Source of the DNA: Octopus bimaculoides
Taxonomy: Eukaryota
Direction of reading: 5' to 3'
DNA length: 60,177 nt
Assembly: GCF_001194135.2 (NCBI RefSeq)
Contig: NC_068992.1
Location: 56,051,591 to 56,111,767 of the forward strand
Below, piece after piece: positions 1-12,779 of this stretch. The position numbers and the translations under genes were made by a program. The notes below the pieces were generated by a model that saw nothing but the letters and a program-made list of their open reading frames with translations, searched no databases and was not told where the DNA came from. Position 1 is the stretch's first letter. The number at the start of each line of letters is the position of its first letter.

Positions 1-787
1 TATATATGGACTTCACGAAGAGGGCCGCGGTTGGCGTCCCTTCAGGTCGTACTTCTGCGTCTCAAGCAGTGTCTGGGAAGCCATGCTCCGCGATGAATGG
101 TGCTGGTTTAATTAAGATTCAGTTGAATTAGGTATTTAAATTCACGCACCTTGTTAAATCGATCTAATTTGCCCATCCAATCAATATCAGATGAATATCA
201 AACTCTGTGCAGAAGTGTTTGCACTTGATATTCTTGCAGTGTATGCAGATAACACGACCCAACTTAGTGAAGAGATCTGCTCTTGGTTGTTCAAATATGT
301 ATTTTATATAAAAATACTTTCTCTAATATTTCCGAAGTGCAGATTCCAGGGTAAATGAATAAAATATAAATGAGTAACAAAGTGGTACAGGTGTCATTTC
401 ACCTGGTAATTGATACCTGTACATCTTCGTTACTCATTTATATTATATGTATATATATATATATACACACATACACATACATATATACATGCATATACAC
501 ACATGCATACATAATACATACATATCGTGCATACATACATATACACACATGCCTTCATACATAATACCTACATACACATATATATGCATACATGCATGCA
601 CACACATACATGCACACATACATACATACATACATACATACATACATACGTGTGTGTGTGTTTCTCTGAAGATGCAGGAAAGCTCAAAATAAGCTGTCAT
701 CGGAATCTCTTGGGTCCCATCACATCCCACGAATAGTTTTCGACTAACCTGGGAATACGAACATGAGAGTTATAGAGAGAAAGAAAG

Positions 788-849
<62 letters not shown>

Positions 850-1741
850 GTGTTCGATAATTTAAGGGATTGATTTATACATGGATTTCCTGTACACACA
901 ATGGTTAGGAAACCAAGTTCTGATGGAATACTACTCTCTAGTGATTCCCCTCCCCTTATTATTCCTACTTAATAACAAGAAAAGGCGGTGGGTGTGTCTA
1001 GGAATGTTTAAAATAGAGGTGAGCTTGCGTTTGGGTGCGACAATTAAGTTAGGTGTACTTTTAAAATGTTTACAAATATTGCTCTTTTAAAAGCCACGAG
1101 AATGAAAACAATGAGAAAATGTATAGGATCAATAACAAGATAATTGTTTTTCGTGTTTAGATAATAGATACTGAGGTGAAGTAACTGGGAATTACAAAAC
1201 AAAACAAAAAAAAGACGAAGTAATATAAATAAAGAAAACAAAGCGGGAAAGTTCATGTTTTTTTACTGCGTAAAAATGTTTCTATATAGGCTGGTGGTTA
1301 CATAACATATTTCATCAACATGGTAGGCATCGTCGTCGGCGTGGTTGTCGCCGCCGTCGCCACTACCACCACCAACGTCGTTGTAGTGATCATCATCATC
1401 ATCATCATCATCATGGTCGTCATCGTCACTATAGTCACCGACGGTTTTAAAACAACAACAACAAAAAAGAAAAACTACGCTGATACTTCCTTTTGTTCTC
1501 ATGCTATGCGATCCTTTATTTTTAAAAGATTCTCTTTTTGCGTTAATATATGTTAATGCATGCAAATAAATGTATGAGATGGTTTTTGGTCCTTTGTACA
1601 TACGAATTATATATTGCAGCAATCATTTCCTAGGGGTTGGATGACATTTGTAACACACACGCGCACACGCACATACATGTGTATGTATGTGTGTATATAT
1701 CACATCATCATAATCGTTTAACGTTCGCCTTCCATACTGGC

Positions 1742-1813
<72 letters not shown>

Positions 1814-2169
1814 NNNNNNNNNNNNNNNNNNNNNNNNNNNNNNNNNNNNNNNNNNNNNNNNNNNNNNNNNNNNNNNNNNNNNNNNNNNNNNNNNNNNNNN
1901 NNNNNNNNNNNNNNNNNNNNNNNNNNNNNNNNNNNNNNNNNNNNNNNNNNNNNNNNNNNNNNNNNNNNNNNNNNNNNNNNNNNNNNNNNNNNNNNNNNNN
2001 NNNNNNNNNNNNNNNNNNNNNNNNNNNNNNNNNNNNNNNNNNNNNNNNNNNNNNNNNNNNNNNNNNNNNNNNNNNNNNNNNNNNNNNNNNNNNNNNNATT
2101 GGGAAGTTATTAATCGTTTATTATTAACAGCAAAATGGTCATCTTCACTTACAGCGGTTTCTATTTATA

Positions 2170-3150
2170 CTCAATAAACACTAAATTTACATTTCACATA
2201 CATCATACAATCTTTTACTGAATAACCACTGATTGTCCTCAGACAGCCTTTGTGGAAGATGTCTAGTTGCTTAATGTGTCGTCTATAGGGTATCCACGAT
2301 TCTGAGCCATACAAGAGAGTAGTAAGAATGGCAGCTTTATAAACCTGTACTTTGGTGTCAAGTTTGATGCCCCTTTCATTCCATAGATGACGACCGAGTT
2401 TGCCAAATGCGTTGGTTGCTTTTGCAAGACAGTTGACAATTTTATCATCAAGGGAAGCGCTCAAATTCACTTTACTACCAAGATATGTAAATGACTTCAC
2501 AAAATTTATGTTTTTTCCCAACAACCTGTATAGAAGTGTCAGGAAAATTGTGAACTGGTGACCTTTGCTTGACACCTCGAATTTGTTTAGGAGTAGGTCA
2601 AGGCTGGTGGATTACTCCCATCTTCTTTATGCTGATGGTCAAACCAAAGATTTTACCTGCAGAAGAAAACCAGTCTAGAAGTTCCTGAGCTTCCTCTAAG
2701 GAGGTCGCTACTAGTGCAGCAGAATCTGCACAAAGCAGACCATGAATGATACTGGTGCGTAGTAGAGTTTTGGCTTTGAAAAGCTGATGATTGAATAGTT
2801 CACCACTTGTTTGAAACTGGAATTTGACACCACTTTGTATATTGCCAAAAGCTTACCTCAGCATCACTGAAAAGAAGGGTGCAAACAAAACAGGGGCCAT
2901 AAAACAACCTTGCTTTGTGTCGTTTGTAACGTCGAAGGAAGCAGAAGATTCCCCACCAGACTTCATTCCCTCATGACAGATGATAACATTCAACATCTTG
3001 TCAGGCATACCAAACTTTTCTCGGAATTTCCATAGTGCTTGCCAGTTTAACAGTGTCGAAGGCCTCAATAAGGTCAACGAATACCATGAACAACTCTTGA
3101 TTTTTCTCACGTACCGTCTCCATGACCTTTCGAAGGGAAAGGATCATGTG
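2170..3150 (-). mobile_element. Decayed RTE-clade LINE, RT domain and C-terminal part of ORF2
   Basis: Fragments VFVDLIEAFDTV, KQGCFMAPVLF, FTYLGS, TKVQVYKAAILTTLLYGSESW; frameshifts and stops. Confidence 0.88.
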
Positions 3151-3153
3151 ACG

Positions 3154-3237
3154 CTAAGTTACGGGGACGTAAACACACCACCATCGGTTGTCAAGCGATG
3201 TTGGGGGGACAAACACAGACACACAAGCATATACACG

Positions 3238-3283
<46 letters not shown>

Positions 3284-3545
3284 NNNNNNNNNNNNNNNNN
3301 NNNNNNNNNNNNNNNNNNNNNNNNNNNNNNNNNNNNNNNNNNNNNNNNNNNNNNNNNNNNNNNNNNNNNNNNNNNNNNNNNNNNNNNNNNNNNNNNNNNN
3401 NATATATATATATATATATACGATGGGCTTCTTTCAGTTTCCGTCTATCAAATCCACTCACAAGGCTTTGATCGGGCCGAGGCTATAGTAGAAGACACTT
3501 GCCCAAGGTGCCACGCAGTGGGAATGAACCCGGAACCATATAGAC
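3154..3545 (-). mobile_element. SINE family A copy with internal microsatellite and assembly gap
   Basis: Reverse complement of the 52146-52553 element; (CA)n/(TA)n core broken by the N-run at 3284-3401. Confidence 0.85.
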
Positions 3546-4384
3546 TCCGAAATAATGAAAAGCAAAGTAGACCTCGGTGAAACTTGAACTCAGAATGTAA
3601 AGACGGACGAAATGCCGCTAAGCATTTAGTCCGGCATACTAACGATTCTGCTAGATCACAGTCTAGACAAAATGTATTAATAGAATATTGATCGATATCG
3701 ATATGTTGCTATCGGGAAAATAAAAGCCTATAAATATAATAAAATTTGAAAGGAATCTAGCAAGCCACTAAACATAGGATGAAAGAAATTCAGTTTGAAA
3801 TAGTGCAAGTTCGAGCGGTGGTCTTGGTGGCCGAACGATAAGATCATCAAAAGGTTCCATGTTCAAACCCCGCTAAAGGTGGCATTAAAATAACAGCAAA
3901 AGAGTGTCAGAAACGTTCGACAGGATTTCTTCCTCTGAACATTTCTCCTGCTGTCCGTTCAACTCTTAGCGAGTTTTCACTTACTAAGGTAGATATTAAA
4001 CCAACTATAGTTTACAACGAATTATTAGTGTAACAGAGAATAAATCTAAGATTGTAGAAAAGGAATGTCGCTATCCAGCTGTAGTTGTGAGAATTACGTT
4101 ATCAATATTTACCATACATATACATTTACATGTATCCAACAGAAGATCGTAATTACTTCAGGTAAGAAAAACGAAAAAGATAGTAATGCAAGCGTGTCTC
4201 TGTGAGTGTAAGTCGAGTGTTAGTTTATGTATGTGTGAGTAAAAGATTCCTTGTAAGAATTTAACCTGTAGCGTATTCTGCTTCCGCCACGAGATAAATA
4301 ATGAATGGAAAAAATCATAAGGCGAAAACAAATCTACAATGGAGACGGAAAGCGAGTGAGTGTGCGAGAAAGAGCTCTGTTTAC

Positions 4385-4415
4385 ATTGGTCAGTTACCAT
4401 AGCAACTAGGGGCGG
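4385..4415 (+). promoter_or_regulatory. TPGS2 promoter: RFX X-box with adjacent inverted CCAAT and GC box
   Basis: GTTACCATAGCAAC at 4393-4406 matches the X-box consensus GTTNCCATRGNAAC. ATTGG at 4385-4389 and GGGGCGG at 4409-4415; ~310 bp upstream of the ATG. Confidence 0.7.
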
Positions 4416-4714
4416 TGCCGATATTAAAATGTCATCTATCTGTTTATTACCAAATAATGTTTCTTTTTCTTTTTATTTCTCTCCTTGAAAATATCACTAC
4501 AGTTATTGATCAAATCTCGGCAAATCTTTGGAATAATATCCAGTGAAGTCTCATAAATTCAGTCGTATATACACTGAAAATAAAACAGTGAAATATTTAA
4601 CAAAAGCAAGGATGTAATAATCACCGGTTACCACTGAACTATAAAAGGTTTTAACATACTGAAAAATTAAGTCTTACTAATTTGTTGGAGCCACCTGAAC
4701 AGGTATTCATTATA

Positions 4715-4775
4715 ATGGAAGAAAACGCCTCAGAAATAATGCAACGAATTACATTTTCCGTTGTGAAATATTTAG
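4715..4775 (+). CDS. TPGS2: Tubulin polyglutamylase complex subunit 2, coding exon 1
   Basis: ATG...MEENASEIMQRITFSVVKYL+G, donor G|gtaaat, phase 1; joins exon 2 in frame. Confidence 0.85.
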
Positions 4776-4949
4776 GTAAATTTCATGAAATTTTATTGCC
4801 ATTAATTGATTAATTTAGAAGTGTTTTGCAATGTGTTATAGTATAAAATGTTGAAAACCCTGGGTTGTGTGGAGAAGAGATTTCAGTTTTATTCGTAACT
4901 GCTATTTTGGAAGTTCACTTTATAATTATTATTTATGGTTGAAAAAATT

Positions 4950-5240
4950 TATTCTTTTACTTGTTTCAGTCATTTGACTGCGGCCATGCTGGAGCACCGC
5001 CTTTAGTCGAGCAAGTCGACCCCAGAGCTTATTCTTTGTAAGCCTAGTACTTATTCTATCGGTCTATTTTGCCGAACCGCTAAGTTACGGGGACATAAAC
5101 ACACCAGCATCGGTTGTCAAGCGATGTTGGGAGGACAAACACAGACACACAAAGATACACACACACACGCACATATATATATACGACGGGCTTCTTCCAG
5201 TTTCCGTCTCCCAAATCCACTCACAAGGCTTTGGTTAGCC
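4950..5240 (-). mobile_element. SINE family A copy in TPGS2 intron 1
   Basis: CTTGTTTCAGTCATTTGACTGCGGCCATGCTGGAGCACCGCC...GCCGAACCGCTAAGTTACGGGGAC matches family A. Confidence 0.88.
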
Positions 5241-5551
5241 GTACACCACCTGCTTTCGGCGTAACAAAATCCCTAACCCTAACCCTAAACACTGAGTGTG
5301 CATATTCTTTCCTTTCGCCAAAAAAAAAAAACTCCGTGAAATAAAAATTATCTATATCTAGGAAAACATGTATAAAAGTGTCTATTATTTTTGGCGGCGA
5401 GTTGGCAAAAATAGTTAAGCTTGCCGGACATAAGTACTAGGGGGTCGATGAATCAACTTATCCTCTTCCCCGAACTTGCTGGCCCCGTACCAATAATTTG
5501 AAACCATTGTTATTAAATTTATCTAAGAATTATTTTAATACCTGATTACAG

Positions 5552-5631
5552 AAACTAAAACTGGGGTGTGTAACGTGAAATTACACGAACGAACTGGCAC
5601 AACCAAAGAAGCTCTTTCTTCATGGGAACAG
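5552..5631 (+). CDS. TPGS2: TPGS2 coding exon 2
   Basis: tacag|..(E)TKTGVCNVKLHERTGTTKEALSSWEQ|gtaaaa, 80 nt; SSWEQ matches human TPGS2. Confidence 0.93.
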
Positions 5632-5859
5632 GTAAAAACATTTGACTTTTCTGTTACATTGGTTAGTTTAGGAATTCATGAAATATTCTATCAAACTTAA
5701 CTAAAAATTTGGTATTATTTGGTAAGTTGGGATGGAATAGTAAAGGCACGAGGCTTAGTGGCTGGAGTGTTGCAATCATAACCATAGCATTGTGGTTTCA
5801 GTTCACAGACTAGGTGGTGCTTTGCATTCTTGAGCAAAACACTTCATTTCTTGGGCTTG

Positions 5860-6036
5860 ACAATGTGCTGCTTATCCAGGATTCTGCCCCATGCTATGGG
5901 TCAAAAGCAACACATACCTTCCTTGGTGAAAAGGTGCCATTTTTTTTTGTGAGGGCCAACATCTGGTCCAGTAATAGCCTAGATCTCAACCATTTCGATT
6001 ACTTTTTATGGGACGTACTTCAAGCAAGGACCAATG
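5860..6036 (+). mobile_element. Tc1/mariner (maT-like) transposase catalytic fragment
   Basis: IQDSAPCYGSKAT...WSSNSLDLNHFDYFLWDVL resembles QQDSAPAH..WPPNSPDLNPLDY. Confidence 0.75.
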
Positions 6037-6260
6037 CTTCATCATCATCATCGTTTAACGTCCGCTTTCCATGCTAGCATGAGTTGGACGATTTGACTGA
6101 GGACTGGCAAGCCAGAAGGCTGCACCAGGCTCCAATCTGATTTGGCAGAGTTTCTACAGCTGGATGCCCTTCCTAATGCCAACCACTCCGAGAGTGTAGT
6201 GGGTGCTGTTACGTGCCACCGGCACGAGGGCCAGTCACACGGTACTGGCAACGGCCACGC
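6037..6260 (-). mobile_element. SINE family B (GAT tail), 5'-truncated
   Basis: (TCA)n tail on the + strand followed by the conserved TTTAACGTCCGCTTTCCATGCTAGCATG..CTACAGCTGGATGCCCTTCCTAA block. Confidence 0.85.
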
Positions 6261-6550
6261 ATGTATTTGTATATATATACATATATATAAAACAAAACAA
6301 GAAATTGGGAATTTTATGGTATTATTTATTCCCCGTTATGTGTGTTTCATTTGCTAATTGATTGGATTGTAATAATAGAATAAACAGATGTGCTTCGAGA
6401 GGAAACAGCTGGGATTTATACCACCTACATAATATATATATATATATGTATTCATTGATATTTAGCAGAAGCAATAAAGTGACTCAAGGCCCAAGATTTT
6501 CTTGCTTTGGCATTTATCAAACTATATATATAGGATGCACTGTTTCTCTC

Positions 6551-6603
<53 letters not shown>

Positions 6604-7940
6604 ATATAATATATATATGTGTGTGTATCTCCTTTAATTTATATATATATATATGTATATATGTGTGTGTGTATATAATATATATATGTGTGCATGTATG
6701 TGTATACATACAAACACACACGACAGTTTCTTCTTTCAGTTTCTCTCTACCAAATCTGCTCACAAGGCTTTGGTTTCATCAGAGCTATAGTAGGAGGCAC
6801 TTGCCTAAGGTGTCACATAGTAAGACTGACTCCAGAACCATGTTGTTGGGAAGTAAACTTTTTACCACCCAGGCATGACTACTGACACACACACACACAC
6901 ACACATGTATATTTACTGCACTGACTCAGTCTTTGAATATGCAAAAGTAAACAGGACGCTGACCATCTTCTGTAAGGGCTCTTGAGAAATTAATTAATCA
7001 TCATCATCATCATCAGTAAGCCTCAATGCTTGACGTGTGGGTGGTGTTTGCCTGAGCACTCATGAAATCTTTAATTATACCACTTGAGTCTTGTGTCCTT
7101 TCTGACGTTACAGACTACTGTGAGTGGTCTCCTACGACACCCTTCTCACAATTCTCTGTAACCAATTCTAAGAAAGTGAGAGACAGAAAGAGGGAGAGAA
7201 ACAGAGAGAGAGAGAGAGAGAGAGAAAGGATTAACCCAATATCCTTTTTACTTTTATCCTTTACTTGTTTCAGTTATTGGACTGTGGCCATGTTGTTCCA
7301 AGTTTCTGTCATTCCTTTAAATTGTTCCAGTTAAAATCCATGATGTCCAAACTGAAGAATTTTGTTTCAGTGAGAAATCTTACTGAGAATTATAAAACTC
7401 AATGTGAATTGTATTTGGCCAATGAAAAGAAAGTTTGATTGGATGATATTCCAAGTTGGTTCATTTATTGAGCAAGGTCGTTGTGTAGGTGGCACGTAAA
7501 AAACACCATTTGGGTGTGGCCGTTGTCAGTACTGCCTGACCGGCCCTTGTATTGGTGGCAAGTAAAAGCACCTACTACACTCTCGGAGTGGTTGGCATTA
7601 GGAAGGGCATCCAGCTGTAGAAACTCTGCCAGATCAGACTAGACCCTGGTGCAGCCATCTGGCTTGCCAGTCCTCAATCAAACCGTCCAACCCATGCCAG
7701 CATGGAAAGTGGACGTTAAATGATAATGATGAATGAAATAAATGATGGCAGAATTGTTAGCACACCGTCTAAAATACTTAGTGGCATTTTATCTGTCATT
7801 GGGTTCCGAGTTCAAATTCTGCTGAGGTTGACTCTGCCTTTCAGGATTGATAAAATAAGTATCAGTCAGTTCTGGGGTTAATCTAATCAACTTACTCTGC
7901 ATCCAAAATTGCTGGCCTTGTTCCAAAATTTGAAACCATT

Positions 7941-8110
7941 ATTACCTCCGCCTTAGCGAAGGCAGAGATATTGTTTTCAATGTTTGTTTGTTTGTCCGTG
8001 AACAAGATATCTGAAGAACCACTGGATGGATTCGGATGAAACTTTCAGGGATGTTTCAAACTGATTAGATTTTGGGATTGATCTGGTACTGGTCAAGGAT
8101 TCTCGCAGGT
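7941..8110 (+). mobile_element. Non-autonomous Helentron/HINE-like element, 5' part
   Basis: ATTACCTCCGCCTTA start, GTTTG microsatellite; homologous to 51681-52030. Confidence 0.65.
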
Positions 8111-8451
8111 GGGGCCCAGTTAGAATTTTCTTCAGGTTGAGTAAAGGTCCCTAAATAAGGGTTATTTAAGGATGTTGAATGAAACACCCATGTTTCCAGA
8201 AATGAATTATCCAAACCCCCAAAGAATTCTTCTCAACACATGGCTATGATGCTCCCCAACTACTTCTGCTTGTGATCAGAGATGCACATATGGTCAGCCA
8301 CCAAGGGACATTCTCAATTGGTTAAAGTCAAACAACTGACATTGCTGTAGCCCATCTTTTATACCAAGATAATAGAATGTGCATGACAACACTTCCAATC
8401 AGATAAGATCAGAAGCCATTATTATTATTTTTTTTATTATTTCCATTTTAG

Positions 8452-8539
8452 AAAAATTCCTGTTTACTTCCTGATGATCTAAAGAATTATTATCTGACAA
8501 CTAATGGAATAAAACTGACCTGGTCAGTCAAAATTGACA
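8452..8539 (+). CDS. TPGS2: TPGS2 coding exon 3
   Basis: tttag|KNSCLLPDDLKNYYLTTNGIKLTWSVKID|gtaagt, 88 nt; cf. human KNNCVMPEDVKNFYLMTNGFHMTWSVKLD. Confidence 0.95.
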
Positions 8540-8867
8540 GTAAGTTATATACCAGCTTCTATTCAAATTTCTATCTCATGCTTTCATTGTGATGTTTTTT
8601 CATTCCTTTAAATTTCTTTTGTATTCTCCATGTAACTAAGAGCTTTTCTTTTTCACAAATTGTAAATAGATACACACATACACATGTATATCTATGTGTG
8701 AGCATATATATGTGTGTATATATATATATATATACACAAATATTTGTGTGTATACTTGAACATATATTTATATAGGCACAATATCTGTGTGTATACACAA
8801 ATGTGTATATATACATATAAATATTTATTTGTATATATACACATTTGTGTGTACACACAAATACTTG

Positions 8868-8929
<62 letters not shown>

Positions 8930-10224
8930 CACACAAAGAGAGAGAGAGAGATATACAAAGAGAGAGAGAGAGATACAAAGAGAGCAAGGGAGAGAGTGAG
9001 AGATAGCATAAGGTGAGATAATATAAATGTCCTCAATACAGGATGGTTGTCACTGGTGTTGGCCTTGCTGGTGGTGGTGGGCAGCAAGTTGTGTTGTAGT
9101 TGAGGTTGATATTGTATGGGGGAGGGAAGAGGGCTGTGGGTGACAGTGGTGACAGACCTTCAGGAATTTGTTATTGTTGCTGTTATTGTTAGCTACTATA
9201 ATGTCTGTCTGTTTGTCACAGTGTGATGAGTGAAATGTCAAACCATTTTGTACATGGAAAACAGATATATCTGTTCAAAATGTTATTACTATTACCTGCA
9301 GAAACTGGTCCCCCCCCCACCCACAGCTTTGAAAAAACTCCCTTTTCTGATGCTGTGAGAAGTAGGGACACCTCCAATGACTCTTTTCAGAAATGGCAAT
9401 TTTTCAGATTTTCTTTAATTTGACATGTAACTGGCACCTGTGTCGGTGGCACGTAAAAAGCACTTGTGCCGATACCTTGTAAAAAGCACTTGGGTTGGTG
9501 CCACATAAAAGGCACTGCTACTGGTGTCACATAAAAGGCACTGGTGATGGTGCCATGTGAAAAGCACCCAGTACACTCTGTAAAGTGGTTGGTGTTAGGA
9601 AGGGCATCCAGCTGTAGAAACCAGACCAAAACAGACTGTGGAACCTGGTGTAGACCCTGGCCTTACCAGTTCCTGATTGTTTTTTTTTTTTCATCCCTTC
9701 CTTATTCATCTATCACCCCTTCCTTTCTCTCACTCACTCTCAGTCAGGCCTATTACTCTCACTACTTCTCCTTCACTGAATTACTATTTTCTCTCCCCCT
9801 CTGCGTCCAGTGTGATTCTGGACAAATATATATATATTATATATAATTTTAAAATAGGATAAAATCTTAATAAGAATTTATCAAGTAGTCAGCATGAAAA
9901 ACATCATAAGGGAAATTTTTAAAATTATTCCCCTTAAATATATTTATTTATATTAAGGGCGTTACTATATATATATATATAAACACTACACTCATTATTA
10001 TATTAGGAGATTGCTATAATTATAGTGATGATGGTGATCATAATGATTATGTGATGATTGCTATAACTATAATGATGGTGACGATAATGAAAGAGATGTG
10101 GTGATGATTGTCATAGTTATGATAACGCACCTTGTAGTGAAAATTACGATGGTTGTCATAGTTATGATGATGCTGAAGAAGATCTGTTTACTCCTTTATT
10201 CTCATTCTGATATGAATGTTACAG

Positions 10225-10368
10225 GTTCCAATCCGTATCCATTAGGACTGATGTATTTGCACCCAGTGGATGACATCGTAGAAATAACTGGAAAGTCTAA
10301 GAAAGTGGCAGGGAAAACAGTTACAAAAGAACAAGACTCTGATACAGAATCAGAAGATGAAGTTTCCG
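10225..10368 (+). CDS. TPGS2: TPGS2 coding exon 4
   Basis: tacag|(S)SNPYPLGLMYLHPVDDIVEITGK...DSDTESEDEVS|gtgaga, 144 nt, phase 1/1. Confidence 0.9.
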
Positions 10369-10657
10369 GTGAGAAATCTTTATTTTTGTTGTTGTTGTTG
10401 TAATTGCTGCCGTGTGAAAGAGTAGCATTAGAGACAGGAGAGTTTCTCTTTTACTCTTTTACTTGTTTCAGTCATTTGACTGCGGCCATGTTGGAGCACC
10501 ACCTTCAGTCAAGAAAATCGACCCCAGGACTTATTCTTTGGAAGCCTAGTACTTATTCTATCGTTCTCTCAAAAATGCAACACACCACCTGGTCTAGGAA
10601 TTGAAATCATGATCTTGCACTTGTGAGTGCACCACTCTAACCACCAGGCCATGTGCC

Positions 10658-10687
<30 letters not shown>

Positions 10688-10693
<6 letters not shown>

Positions 10694-10933
10694 TGGCACA
10701 TAAAATACACCATTTTGAGCGTGGCCGTTGCCAGTACCGCCTGACTGGCCTTTGTGCGGGTGACACGTAAAAGCACCCACTACACTCTCTGAGTGGTTGG
10801 CGTTAGGAAGGGCATCCAGCTGTAGAAACTCTGCCAAATCAGATTGGAGCCTGGTGTTGCCATCCGGTTTCACCAGTCCTCAGTCAAATCGTCCAACCCA
10901 TGCTAAGCGGACGTTAAACGATGATGATGATGA
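10688..10933 (+). mobile_element. SINE family B, young subfamily, embedded in (TA)n
   Basis: One mismatch to the 60017-60167 copy over ~150 bp by eye; (GAT)n tail; TA tracts on both flanks. Confidence 0.9.
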
Positions 10934-11569
10934 GATATATATATATATATANNNNNNNNNNNNNNNNNNNNNNNNNNNNNNNNNNNNNNNNNNNNNNNNN
11001 NNNNNNNNNNNNNNNNNNNNNNNNNNNNNNNNNNNNNNNNNNNNNNNNNNNNNNNNNNNNNNNNNNNNNNNNNNNNNNNNNNNNNNNNNNNNNNNNNNNN
11101 NNNNNNNNNNNNNNNNNNNNNNNNNNNNNNNNNNNNNNNNNNNNNNNNNNNNNNNNNNNNNNNNNNNNNNNNNNNNNNNNNNNNNNNNNNNNNNNNNNNN
11201 NNNNNNNNNNNNNNNNNNNNNNNNNNNNNNNNNNNNNNNNNNNNNNNNNNNNNNNNNNNNNNNNNNNNNNNNNNNNNNNNNNNNNNNNNNNNNNNNNNNN
11301 NNNNNNNNNNNNNNNNNNNNNNNNNNNNNNNNNNNNNNNNNNNNNNNNNNNNNNNNNNNNNNNNNNNNNNNNNNNNNNNNNNNNNNNNNNNNNNNNNNNN
11401 NNNNNNNNNNNNNNNNNNNNNNNNNNNNNNNNNNNNNNNNNNNNNNNNCAACTGGTGTGTTCATATCCCCATAACTTAGCAGTTCAGCAAAACAGTCTGA
11501 TAAAATAAGTACCATGCGGTGCTCCAGCATGGCCACCGTCTAATGACTGAAACAGATAAGACTAAACAC

Positions 11570-12240
11570 TACCTCCACCACCACCACCACCACCATCACT
11601 GCTGTCTGCCACCACCATCACCACAACCACTATGGTGTATGATTAAACGATCATGTTAAAACACATCCTTGACAATTTCCTCTTCTTTGGAGATCTCATT
11701 GACTTCTTGCTTTTATTTTCTTAGGTTTAAAGAAACCATCTTTTACCTCCTCCTATCGAATATTTGAGTTGGATCCCTGTGCTGGACTTGGTAAGGTGTG
11801 TCTGGTTTACCGTAATTCGCATTCAGGTAAGGCCCTTAATTAACATTTAGACATCTTGATGTAACTGAAGTGAAAAGTGAAGGTCAGTTTAGTTTCTGAT
11901 TGTGATTTGTCGCTTATCTTTTATTTACTCATTTGAGTTATCAGAATGCATCATCATCATCATCATCATCTTCTTCATTATCGTCATCATTATCATCACC
12001 ACTACCAGCGACCTGTACCATTCTCAACACCACCACCATCAATGCCACCACCTCCTTCCACAATGCCAACATCATCATCACCACTACCAACTACCCATAC
12101 CATTCTCACCACCACCGCCACCACCCTCAGTACCATCAACATTATCACCACAACCATCAATACCATTTTCATCACCATTTACTATTCTCACTACAACCTA
12201 CCACCAACAACAACAACACCATCATTATCTCGTCATAAAA
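11570..12240 (+). repeat. CAC/CAT/CAA trinucleotide low-complexity tracts flanking TPGS2 exons 5-6
   Basis: Imperfect (CCA)n, (CAT)n and (CAA)n arrays; source of the His/Thr-rich spurious ORFs. Confidence 0.85.
11725..11826 (+). CDS. TPGS2: TPGS2 coding exon 5
   Basis: cttag|(G)LKKPSFTSSYRIFELDPCAGLGKVCLVYRNSHS|gtaagg, 102 nt; IFELD..GKVCLVY conserved with human. Confidence 0.93.
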
Positions 12241-12263
12241 GCCAACAAGATCTCTTCTTGCAG

Positions 12264-12415
12264 GTTGCAGTGAAATCTGGTTCCTCGATCGGTCTCTCAG
12301 ATGGCATTTCTTAGTGGCAACTTTCACAACTTATTATCGTTTGATGTTGCTGCATCTTGGTCTGCCCCAATGGCAGTACATCTTCACAGACATTGGCTTA
12401 TCGATGCAGGCAAAG
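12264..12415 (+). CDS. TPGS2: TPGS2 coding exon 6
   Basis: tgcag|(G)CSEIWFLDRSLRWHFLVATFTTYYRLMLLHLGLPQWQYIFTDIGLSMQAK|gtacaa, 152 nt; the most diagnostic TPGS2 block. Confidence 0.97.
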
Positions 12416-12779
12416 GTACAAACTTTGTTCTAATTTACAGTTTCAAATTTTGGCACAATGCCAGCAATTTTAGGTGGCGGGGTGGGTGGGTGTTGGAATG
12501 TTGTTAGTCGATTATATCGACCCCAATGTTCATTCAATCACCGAAAAGATAAATGGCCAAGTCAACCTTGGCATTACAGCTAGTTGCTTTATGCCAGAGG
12601 TTACTCTTTTACTTGTTTCAGTCATTTGACTGTGGCCAAGCTAATCGACCCCAGGACTTATTCTTTGTAAGCCTAGTACTTATTCTATCAGTCTCTTTTT
12701 GCCGAACCGCTAAGTTACGGGGATGTAAACACCAGCATCAGTTGTCAAGCGACGGTGGGGACCGTTTTTTATCTATGGA

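Noticed and set aside
370-2177. Many ORFs of the YIYI/CVCV/HTHT/X-run type here and throughout the track
   Set aside because: Translations of dinucleotide microsatellites and N-gaps; no splice or homology support.
12264-12271. Tandem acceptor gcag|gttgcag| in TPGS2 exon 6
   Set aside because: The second AG is 7 nt downstream and shifts the frame, losing the conserved EIWFLDR block.
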